A DNA stretch of 63,917 bases, counting the filler, from Octopus bimaculoides (taxonomy: Eukaryota), in the NCBI RefSeq assembly GCF_001194135.2. It is 5 parts of 5 records of this genome, joined end to end, with 100 filler letters (N's around TTAATTAATTAA, not from the genome) between each part and the next. Parts side by side here need not be neighbours in the genome. Positions count along the whole stretch, not along the records: positions 24,966 to 55,309 come from NC_068991.1; positions 55,410 to 62,571 come from NC_068986.1; positions 62,672 to 63,917 come from NW_026357105.1; 2 more parts are not named here. One strand, given 5' to 3'. Shown here in pieces: positions 54,192 through 63,917 of the stretch; within the stretch, counting starts at the first letter, position 1, and every line of letters starts with the position of its first letter. A model generated the notes under the pieces. That model saw only the letters and a program-made list of their open reading frames with translations, did no database searches and was not told the origin of the DNA. The translations under genes and the position numbers were made by a program.

Positions 54192-54238
<47 letters not shown>

Positions 54239-54523
54239 ATATATATATACATATATATATACATATATACACACAGGCATATATACACATGTATGTGTAT
54301 ATATAGGTTTATATATAATATTAGATATTTGTCTCTCAACGAATTAAAAATTTATAATAGATATATTTTTGATATGTATTTTAAATTAGATTTAAAAGTA
54401 AATGAATTTATAACCGGAATTTTATTTACATTTTCTCATATTTTGGGAGCTAACTATAGAAAAAATATGCTTGTTTACATACATTTTATATCAACTAGGT
54501 TTATTATTTCCATTCCATTATTT

Positions 54524-54917
54524 AACTAGAAAAGCACTCGGATAGCGCAGACCTCCGCCAAGCAGCTCATTTCCACCCATATACACGCATGCTGAAAATC
54601 GTCCAATTTCCCAAACCAACGCCGGCAAAAACATAACCTCATTGGCGAGGGTAAAAAAAAAAAAAGAATAACACAGCACGTAACATTGTAAAGTAAATAT
54701 AACAAATGAAAAACCTTTCAAGAATCCATAAAAATTCCCGGATCAGTACCGAAATTTCATCATCTGTTCCTTGTGTCATTACCAACGTTTCCTGCAAGTT
54801 TCATCAAATACTGTTCACAACTGCTTGAATTATTTTGCACACAGAGGGCAGACAGAGGGATAGACAGACAAACCAACGCCGATAAAAACATAACCTCCTT
54901 CCTTGGCGGAGGTAATA
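54524..54917 (-). mobile_element. DINE-1/Helentron-like non-autonomous element
   Basis: 12-bp subterminal inverted repeats acctccgccaag (54551) / cttggcggaggt (54902); minus-strand 3' hairpin gcgct-atccg-agtgc followed by ttttctagtt; short (GACA)-like run near the 5' end. Confidence 0.7.
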
Positions 54918-55037
54918 ATTATTTATAATCATAAATATATTGAACAACTTGTGTTTAATAAATCTTCCATGGTATGTATGCTTACGCCTTAGTATAAGAT
55001 CATATATATTTGTGTGTATGATATTAAATATCACGTG

Positions 55038-55089
<52 letters not shown>

Positions 55090-55309
55090 GTAGAATTAGA
55101 AATAGAAAATCCTTGGTACAGTATTATGTATTTGAAAAAATGAATATAAGTGACTTTTCTGCTAGCTTTTCCATTTTAATAATTAGATGCTTATAAACGA
55201 TTAGGCGTTTGCAACGATTTGTAAACACTTGATTTATTAACATCTAAGTATTAAAGTATTAAAGTGCAAAATGATCATAAAAGCCATTTCTATTCATCTT
55301 TATCAAATA

Positions 55310-55409
55310 NNNNNNNNNNNNNNNNNNNNNNNNNNNNNNNNNNNNNNNNNNNNTTAATTAATTAANNNNNNNNNNNNNNNNNNNNNNNNNNNNNNNNNNN
55401 NNNNNNNNN
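55310..55409. other. artificial spacer 44N-TTAATTAATTAA-44N
   Basis: identical construct. Confidence 0.95.
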
Positions 55410-55531
55410 TGCTATCTCAGTGTTTATATTATTATTTGGCATTGCTGTGTGACTACTATCTAGATTTTCCTGATGTATTTTTTCTTTCAATTGTTCTATT
55501 TCTATTTCTGATATTTTTTTTGCTTTTAGAA

Positions 55532-55627
<96 letters not shown>

Positions 55628-55630
<3 letters not shown>

Positions 55631-55780
55631 GGGGGCGAGCTAGCAGAATCGTTAGCACGCCGGGTGAAATGCTTGGCAGTATTTAGTCCGTCCTTACTTT
55701 CTGAGTTCAATGTAATCGACTATCCCCCTTTCCCCAAATTTTAGGCCTTGTGCCTGTAGTGGAAAGGATTATTATTGTTA
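55628..55780 (+). mobile_element. SINE family B with internal deletion, placed directly after a (TTA)n array
   Basis: aagggggcgagctagcagaatcgttagcacgccgggtgaaatgc...gagttcaa|tgtaatcgac...gtggaaaggattatt. Confidence 0.8.
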
Positions 55781-56898
55781 TTTTTGTTATTTATCTATCA
55801 GTTAATAAAAATGTACTCGAGTTTAAATATACCATTTTTAAATGTCCTAGATGATTAAGATGTACAACATATACCAGCTGATATGAAATGAAGCCAATAG
55901 ATGCGATAACAATTTTGGCGGTCGATATCTTAGTATATCTACAGTGTTATGACTAAAACAAATAAAAATAATATAATCATAAAATATATGTAAATCATGA
56001 CTTCCTAAAAAAGGCGATGTCTGTTGAAAATATCCAGGGGTGCCATCTGCATGACAAACTAATAATAAAGTGGGTGCTAACATTCTTCCAGAATTACAAC
56101 TACTATTCGTTAAATAAAATATTCAGAACACAGCGTGTAATGATACCAACAGAATATACGAATAAAGTATACAATTTATTAATAAACGGATTAAACTTTA
56201 TTGACATCTGCAATCAATTCCACACGATTTAGAAAAATTATATTGAGAAACATAAAAATCAGACATTACAATAATTTCGAAGACTTAAGAGAAACCTATT
56301 TGATATTTGAAGAAGAAACAAAATGTTCAAAGTGAAAATAAAGTACATTTGTCCAAAATAAGAACACACAAACACTCGAAAGTACATATTAATAGGAAAA
56401 TAATAAAGCACTATAAGAAATCGTTGGTAATTCAGATAATCAGAAATGACGTATATAGAGTGCATATATTATTCAACAGTTACCACAGAATGCGAATAAC
56501 GAAGTTAAGACAAAAAATATTTGATAACTATATATAGCCAGCCACTTTTGAATATATAAACAGAGAAACAGATTAACTGAAGAAAAAAGAAAAAAAAGAA
56601 CCAACAGTGTAGCCAAATAAAAATTTCAGGAGGTAAAAATTTATACAAAAAACCCCACCAAAAAAAAAACGTAAATTATATATCTTATCGAAAGCCTCAA
56701 GAAACAGACAATTCAAAAAATACATAAATAATTTATACAATTTATGCAAAAATGGAAAGATTAACGACAGACAATTGAATCGGAAAATAAAGAAATAGAA
56801 GAGACATTTATTCCATTAGAAATGAAGCGAAGTATTCTGGGTTGAAAAAAAAAATCCTACGGTGGAAAGGTCAATGGATGAAAGACAAGAAACATTTA

Positions 56899-57114
56899 TT
56901 TCTTTATTTCCCACAGGAGGCTAAACATAGAGGGGACCAACAAGGACAGACAGGGGAATAAATCGATTATCGCTGGTACTTATTTAATCGACCCCGAAAG
57001 GATGAAAGGCAAAGTTGACCTCGGCGGAATTTGAACTCAGAACGTAAAGACAGACGAAATACCGCTAAGCATTTCGCCCGGCGTGCTAACGATTCTGCTA
57101 GCTCGCCGCCTTAA
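56899..57114 (-). mobile_element. SINE family B, near full length
   Basis: high similarity to 17749-17986. Confidence 0.9.
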
Positions 57115-57164
57115 GCAAAGAAATATTGACAGAATAGATACACTAAAACTACACTAGAGATTTG

Positions 57165-58050
57165 AAAATCTATCGTCTCGGAGAGAGTTCTTCTTCAAGA
57201 AGATCATGACAAGAAGGAAATAAAGACAGTTGAGTTTTACATCGTCTGTATTTGAGAAACTGTCTGCAACTCATAAGCAACACAAGACAACGTGAGCTTT
57301 ATACATGGACAGGAAATGGAAAGAGAGAGAAATGTTTTGAGAAAGGTAGAAGAAAAAAGAAATGAAATGAGAAGAAGCGGATGATGGTAAGGGAGGGACA
57401 AATTCAGGCGAGAGGAGTGTTGAAAGATAAGAACTAATGTTGAAAGATAAGAACTAAGAGCAATGGAAGGAAAAACGCTCATTTAATCCCGTCTGTGACA
57501 TGGTTCCAAATTCGAATGTACAGATCTACGGTGTGCGGAAATTCTGCGCTCTGATAAGTAATGGAATGGCTTATTGTGACAAGTTAGCTTCGTATATGCA
57601 TTAGTGTGCTTGGAATATATTCCCGAAAACGATCGGCAAGGCGACGATCTGTTCCCCAATATAAAGAGTATCGGAAAGTTTGCATATGATACAATATAAT
57701 AGGTTGGACGATGTGCATCACGAATGCGAGGAAGGGTAGTTGGGAGAGAAATCGGAGCGGTTGTAGGTTAGAAGTCAGAGTTCAGATGTTGAAGATAAAG
57801 GGGTGTTCCATTGGGAGGATGTACAGGTAGAAAATGAGAGGGGTAGTGGAATCTAGTCTATAGGTACATATTGGGAGTGTAAGCGAGCAGTGGCGCAGAG
57901 TTGGTAGTGCCGCCGAAGAAACTGAGAAAAAAGCAATAGCAGGTTTAATGTGTTTGGGGTGAGGTAAGACAAGTGAAGATGGAAGTGGGAGCCAGTAAGC
58001 TTGGAATGGACAGGGGTAGATCTTGTTTATAGTGATGGAGATATGGAGAA
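57165..58050 (-). mobile_element. Penelope-like element 3' fragment (RT C-terminus plus GIY-YIG), decayed
   Basis: minus with frameshifts: (F)SQFLRR..., CTSSNLLYCIICKLSDTLYIGE..RRLADRFREY..., remnant of the GTxxPxGINERFSF end motif. Confidence 0.78.
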
Positions 58051-59307
58051 AACTAACGAAGGTGTTGGAATGTTTAGCTTATTTTACCGAATTACTTTCT
58101 TCCTAATTTCATCGGCTCACTTGTTTTACTGTTAGAATGTTCGCTCGCGACTACAGAGGCACATAAAACAATCAATGAAAGTATGCATGTCACCAGCTAC
58201 ACTCGCTCTGCATGTTGTATTATTCCTTTGATTTGAATCCTATGGCTTAGTTTACCAAACATGCACCTTAAAATTTAATATAACCTAATTTGACATAAAT
58301 TCAAATAATTTCTTTATAGTTTCTCATACATTTCAGTCTACTAACACACTTTAGAACTCTCCATTATTTTCATGGTAATAATTCAATATTAACAAGCAGT
58401 ACCCATGAAAATTCCACGATCCACCTAGTACTGCAGTGTCAGCTATAAACATCTCCCCACACGGTAATAATATCCTGTCATTTGCTTCATAATGCTTTCA
58501 TTAATTTCTAGGAAATGTCCATTCTCTTCGGTCATATTTTTTCTCATCTCATTCTGGCTTGAGTAAAATATACCTGCCTATCATCATCGCTCATATTTTG
58601 CCTTCTTTCTTGATTGTCATCGTTTCCCTATTAGTTTCAGCTTTGACATTCGTCATACGATATCGTCTAGCTTTATTTCTTGCATAAACTTCATTCATTT
58701 CCTACTGAGTTAATGATTCTCATTGTTCCTGGTTCTTTTTATTTTTCACTCTTAATTTTTATTTCTTCGCTTTGCCCTTTCCCCAATCTTTCCTCGTATT
58801 TTTCCCGCTTCTCTTAATTAAAATCTCGCAGTTGTACTCTGTGATCATTGTCCACTGCTGCGCATCATACTCCGTTTTGGAAATAAAACAATTTAAGAAG
58901 CACTTGATATCATATAATTATTAACACTCACATCCAGGATAATGTTATACATCTTTTGAAAAGAAATTTAGAAATACGGTTATTGAAATATAGCTAATTG
59001 GAAAAATTCTTACATACACTTTAGGACAACGTTCATGAATACAGTTATCAATATATAGATAATAGAATAAATAGGTAGGTGCTCTAAGTCGCATGTATTA
59101 AATAAATCGTTAGGTCGATGGCAACAGAGTGGGGGAAAATTAAATGAACTTTTCTGGCAAACACACTCACATTCATGAACGCTAACGACGTGCTTACATA
59201 TACACATACTCCCCATTTTCTTTCACACATCAATACATACACAACTAATCGTGGTTTGTGTGTGCGTGTGTGTGTGTGTATTTGTGTATGTACGAATAGT
59301 CTTCGTA

Positions 59308-59338
<31 letters not shown>

Positions 59339-60258
59339 AATGAGTGCATATTTCAGTAGCATTAGTTTGAATACTCCCCTTCTCTCTTTCTCTCGTGCAC
59401 ACGAACACTTGCACTTTTACCATCCCCTTTCCACAGCATGAGGGATTTTTACACCACAGGAGTCATCGCTAATGTTTTAATATAACAGGCTCCCTCTCTC
59501 CTCTCTCTCCTCCACCCCTCTCTATATTTCACGCACACTTCTCTTATCTCTTTTCCACAGCGTGGCAGAATTTTACACAGCTCGAATCTATCGTTAACAC
59601 TTTAATATAATAGATTATCGGTGTATTTAATTCATCGCTGCAACACATCAAATTTTAGTATTCATTGCCTATATGATCACCTTTGTTTAATTTAAGTAAT
59701 ATTTCCTAAATATCTAATCAATCGGTATGAAATAATTTTCTTTCTGAATCTAGTTACGCCCCTTAAATTCTAAGAATCAACACGATTTATTTACCAACAC
59801 AAAACTTCTTAGATTATGTTTATTTATTCATTCATTCATTTATTTTATTTTATTTCGCCTTTTTTACTTACCTGTATCGTTCGTATATATCACTTTCTTT
59901 TCTTTCATAAAGCATATATGGATTCAACAACAAAGATATTTGCTTAATTTCGTTAAGGCAATCATTAAAAAAAAAACAAAAAAAACTATCAATTATTATC
60001 ATTTATAAAGCTTTCCTTATTAACTTTTATTAAATAAAGCAAAAGTTATCGAAAGAAGAATTTTGACGAGTACGACGTAAATATTTTTTATAAATACTCT
60101 TTTCGAGTTTTATGGGTTCATATCTAACAATGGCATTAAGATTTCCCTGGCCAGATGGTAATAGGATTTCTTTGGTTTTCAGTCTGAAAATATTAAAAAC
60201 TTAATATTCGGGAAGAAATTTTTCGAGAGGGACAGGGAATGAATAAGTAGCAAGTATA

Positions 60259-60893
60259 CGAAGTACGTTCAAAAAGTATCCGACTTTATTTTTTCCGGCC
60301 ACAACTGTGTTGGTAAATTCCTTTGCGTGGGAAGTGACGCCACTCTTCCTGCTCATGTTAAAAAAGTTTCGTGCCGCTAGGCCGTGTAATTTCCAGTTGT
60401 TACACTTAGTGTACAGAATGTGCGCTCTTCGGATTTTCGTTTACGCGCAAGACGACCGAACGCATCGAGGAGAGACCATAAACTCATGTCTCATCACTAG
60501 TGATTATCATTTTCATGCAGTCTGGGTTGTAGTTTGCACACTCCAGCATGTCCTGAGCGATTTTCATGGGGAGTGGCTTCTGCTGCTCTGCCAACACCTT
60601 GGGGACGAATTTTGCCTGCACTTTCTGTATGCACAAATCCTCTGTTAAAATGGAATACACTGATCCTGTGGTCATTCCCTTTTCGTGAACAATTTCCTGG
60701 ATTGTTACACGACGAGCTTCCATGATTATTCGCTTTTTTATCATGTGGTCGGCTCCTCATTTCGGCTTGTGGATGACCTGCCTAAGCGTGTCTCGCTCTC
60801 CACCGAAGTTTGACTCTGTTTGAAGTGGTTGCACCACTCCTTGATCTGTGCTTTGCCCATGGCATCATCTCTAAAGGCCTGCCGAATCCTTTA
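60259..60893 (-). mobile_element. mariner transposon, internally deleted, 5' end cut off by the adjacent PLE
   Basis: TA|cgaagtacgttcaaaaagtatccgact TIR; AFRDDAMGKAQIKEWCNHFK...RRVTIQEIV...KVQAKFVPKVL...MIITSDET. Confidence 0.88.
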
Positions 60894-60894
60894 G

Positions 60895-61745
60895 AAGCTT
60901 TGGAAAAGTAACAGAACAATCAGCTGGCATTCCTGGACGTATTAATAACACGCACCGAGTATGGATTCAGGACATCCGTATATCTCAAGCCAACCTTCAC
61001 TGGACGATACCTTAACTTCAATTCCCACCATCCATACAGTGTAAAGAGAGGAATTGCTCAGTGCCTAAAACACCGAGCAAAGAATATAAGTAGCGATCGT
61101 GATACCCACCACGAGGAAATGATCAAGCTCAGAAACAATCTATTAAGAAACAATTACCCCCAAAACATACTATCTACTCCAATTATGAAGAAAAGAGAGG
61201 ATGAAACCAATAAACTGTCTACAGTCTGTCTACCCTATGTGAAAGGCCTCTCCGAAAAGATACAAAAGATATGCGGCCCATATGACATCAGGGCAGTATT
61301 CAAGAGCAATACAACACTTCGCAAATATCTCCTTCGGGTAAAACCACCAACAGAAGAGAATATGACCAAAAACTGCGTGTATTCCATCCCATGCAGCTGT
61401 GGTAGGTTAAAGAAAGGCGAAACATTTCGTCCCCTCAAAATAAGGGTAGAAGAACATCGCAAAGCTGTGACACGAGGAGATATTGATAAATCGGGTATAG
61501 CTGATCATGTATGGAAAAATGGAAACCACCTCCCCCTGTGGGATGAAGTTAAAATAATAGACAGGGAACAACACTNNNNNNNNNNNNNNNNNNNNNNNNN
61601 NNNNNNNNNNNNNNAAATACGAAAACTAAAAGAAGCAGCACATATGCTAGGACACAACAACCTCCTAAGCAGACCGAGTGCAGATATGAATAGCATATGG
61701 GAACCGGTATTGAGGAAGGATAGAAAAATAATAGATTTATAAGCC
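60895..61745 (+). mobile_element. Penelope/Poseidon-like element 3' part (RT C-terminus plus GIY-YIG), one stop and a small gap
   Basis: NNQLAFLDVLITR...TSVYLKPTFTGRYLNFNSHHP...LPYVKGLSEKI...NCVYSIPCSCG...GETFRPLKIRVEEH...SGIADHVW...RKLKEAAHM. Confidence 0.93.
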
Positions 61746-61769
61746 TTAAAATTCACCCCATAATTGTCT

Positions 61770-62070
61770 ACGGGCATATGGCGTAGTGGTTAAGAGCGCG
61801 GGCTACTAACCCCAAGGTTCCGTGTTCGATTCACGGCAGCGACCTGATTAATAATAATAATAGTAGTAATAATAATAATAATATAATAATAGTAACATCG
61901 TTAGGAATGAGAACCCAGGTTCGAAATTTCCCCAAGACACCTGACGAAGGCTGGAGGGTATATCAGCCGAAACGTTGTGTTAAGAACAAACAAGATGAGG
62001 ACAAATATACGTCAAATGTAAATAATGTTAATAATTCCTCATCTCTTAAATATAGAACTGAACTCATACA
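61770..62070 (+). mobile_element. tRNA-headed SINE-like element containing a hammerhead ribozyme (family H), copy 1
   Basis: A box tggcgtagtgg, B box gttcgattc, (AAT)n spacer, HHR at 61936, 3' hairpin agatgagga/tcctcatct. Confidence 0.85.
61936..61981 (+). ncRNA. type-I minimal hammerhead ribozyme
   Basis: GACAC-CUGACGA-A-GGCUG(GAGGGUAUAU)CAGCC-GAA-ACGU-U^-GUGUU; 5-bp stems I and II, palindromic ACGU stem III. Confidence 0.8.
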
Positions 62071-62238
62071 ACTGTTGAAAATTAACTTTGATCAGAACCT
62101 AGCGAGAATATGTGTTGTAACTAGTGCACGCGAAATATATGAAATGTATGCAGTACCGATGACTTTATGAAATCCCATTTTCTGCTTATTTCTTATAAGT
62201 TGCCATCAATTTAAACAGCTTGTGTAAACTAGTAGATA

Positions 62239-62520
62239 TGTATGAGTCCAGTTCTATATTTAAGAGATGAGGAATTATGTACATTATTTACATTTGACGG
62301 ATATTTGTCCTCATCTTGTTTGTTCTTAACACAACGTTTCGGCTGATATACTCACCCAGCCTTCATCAGGTCACTTGGGGAAATTTCGAACCTGGGTTCC
62401 CATTCGTAAGGTATTTTTCGATGTTATTATTATTATTTATTATTCAGGTCACTGCCTGGAATCGAACTCGGAATCTTGGGTTAGTAGCCCGCGCTCTTAA
62501 CCACTACGTCATATGCCCGT
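62239..62520 (-). mobile_element. family H element, copy 2 (inverted)
   Basis: reverse complement aligns end to end with 61770-62070. Confidence 0.88.
62328..62374 (-). ncRNA. type-I minimal hammerhead ribozyme, canonical core, weakened stem I
   Basis: GUGAC-CUGAUGA-A-GGCUG(GGUGAGUAUAU)CAGCC-GAA-ACGU-U^-GUGUU. Confidence 0.72.
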
Positions 62521-62526
62521 GTGAGT

Positions 62527-62571
<45 letters not shown>

Positions 62572-62671
62572 NNNNNNNNNNNNNNNNNNNNNNNNNNNNN
62601 NNNNNNNNNNNNNNNTTAATTAATTAANNNNNNNNNNNNNNNNNNNNNNNNNNNNNNNNNNNNNNNNNNNN
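62572..62671. other. artificial spacer 44N-TTAATTAATTAA-44N
   Basis: identical construct. Confidence 0.95.
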
Positions 62672-62735
62672 GAAGAATATTTGCTGTAGCCCATCTTTTA
62701 TACCAAGACAAAACAATATACTTTTTTTTTATCGT

Positions 62736-62803
<68 letters not shown>

Positions 62804-62825
62804 TAATAATAATTATTATTATTAT

Positions 62826-63120
62826 TAAAGTACTGAGCTGGCAGAATCGTTTGTACACCGGGTGAAATGCTTACCGGTATTTCGTCTGCCATTACGTTCT
62901 GAGTTCAAATTCCACCGAGGTCGATTTTGCTTTTCATCCTTTCGGGGTCGNNNNNNNNNNATTACGTTCTGAGTTCAAATTCCACCGAGGTCGATTTTGC
63001 TTTTCATCCTTTCGGGGTCGATAAATTAAGTACCAGTGAAACATTGAGGTCGATATAATCGACTTAATCCCTTACTCCAAATTTGAGGCCTTGTGCTTCC
63101 GGTAGAAAACATTATTATTA
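62826..63120 (+). mobile_element. SINE family B, with a 60-bp assembly duplication around a 10-N gap
   Basis: gagctggcagaatcg...; 62891-62950 repeated at 62961-63020. Confidence 0.85.
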
Positions 63121-63199
63121 TTATCATTATTATTATTATTATTATTATTATTCCTTCGTAACACAGTGTAGGTAAAAATGCACCGGTGACTTTAGTCAT

Positions 63200-63550
63200 C
63201 TGTTAAGTCACAACAAGGATCTCGCACAGATAAAACTTTCCTTAAGATATGCGCTGTGCCCAATAAGGCTGCTTTTTTGAAGGACATCAATCTTGTATGG
63301 GCACAGATTCGACGTTAGGCACAATAACAGTAGTTCGATAGAACTCGCTGAACATTTCGTTTCAAGCGGCTACAATTTTGAAGAAGACTTGAAAGTGCAT
63401 ATTCTCAGAAAATATTCTGAATCTGCTTCACTTTCACTTCTCAGAATGTATGAGGAGAAATATGTTTGCGGATTATTAACGTCACGCCCTGGAGGAATGA
63501 ATAAGATGACAGGAGAATATCATCAAATTTATACAAAATTGTTTGATTAG
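63200..63550 (+). mobile_element. Penelope-like GIY-YIG C-terminal fragment
   Basis: YGHRFDVRH...ELAEHF..G...EDLKVHIL...EEKYVCGLLTSRPGGMN resembles the C-terminal half of PLE endonucleases. Confidence 0.7.
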
Positions 63551-63917
63551 ATATTCTTCTTTCTCTTTTTTTCTTACCTTTTTATTCTGTCGTCTTCTCT
63601 TTTCTGTTTTTTTTCTGTCTTTTTCTTTTCGCCTGTTATAAAATTGTAACTTAAAAACTGATGATGTCATTCCATCAACCCATGGACGCTGGTTGCTCTC
63701 GTTCTTACTTTACGTTTAAATTTCGGTAATTTTGAATTTTTATCACTTCTTATTTTGAACTTGACAAAGACAGACTTAACTGTCGAAATATCGGTCAACC
63801 AATAAAACATCTTACAACCGAATCGCGCTCTTCGTCTTCACTGTTTACTTTTGTGAACAGTTACATCAATCCTTATTATTATTATTATTATTATTATCAT
63901 TATTATTATTATTATTA

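Noticed and set aside
61770-61845. Possible tRNA gene
   Set aside because: No complete cloverleaf or acceptor stem; it continues into a repeat body and is duplicated, so it is a SINE head.
63657-63700. CTGATGA followed by a gtc...gac hairpin downstream of the last PLE fragment
   Set aside because: The GAAA half of the core is missing; at most a dead remnant.

Overview
AT-rich, microsatellite-dense, heavily gapped animal DNA. The SINE families resemble those of octopod cephalopods (recalled pattern, not a database result). The window is not contiguous: four identical artificial 100-bp spacers (44 N + TTAATTAATTAA + 44 N) split it into five unrelated pieces (1-16374, 16475-24865, 24966-55309, 55410-62571, 62672-63917). 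I could not identify any host protein-coding gene, and most ORFs in the supplied track are microsatellite or gap artefacts. Supportable features are transposon relics: several tRNA-derived SINE families, 3' ends of an RTE-type and a CR1/L2-group LINE, six Penelope-like (PLE) GIY-YIG fragments, five Tc1/mariner relics (two mariner-type, two DD37D-type, one DD41D) and a DINE-1/Helentron-like element. The most interesting signal is non-coding. Minimal type-I hammerhead ribozyme (HHR) motifs with short palindromic stem III occur in at least three different small-element families: (i) a tRNA-headed SINE carrying an HHR, present as an inverted pair at 61770-62520; (ii) tandem retrozyme-like units at 20336-20877 with a third inverted copy; (iii) a solo PLE-type terminal repeat at 34545-34740. 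Decayed HHR remnants may lie at the 3' ends of two PLE fragments. Also notable are a perfect 44-bp-arm palindrome, a fixed-length ~550-bp (TAA)n-associated element and a 4-copy tandem SINE array. Ribozyme folds were read by eye and need computational and biochemical confirmation.
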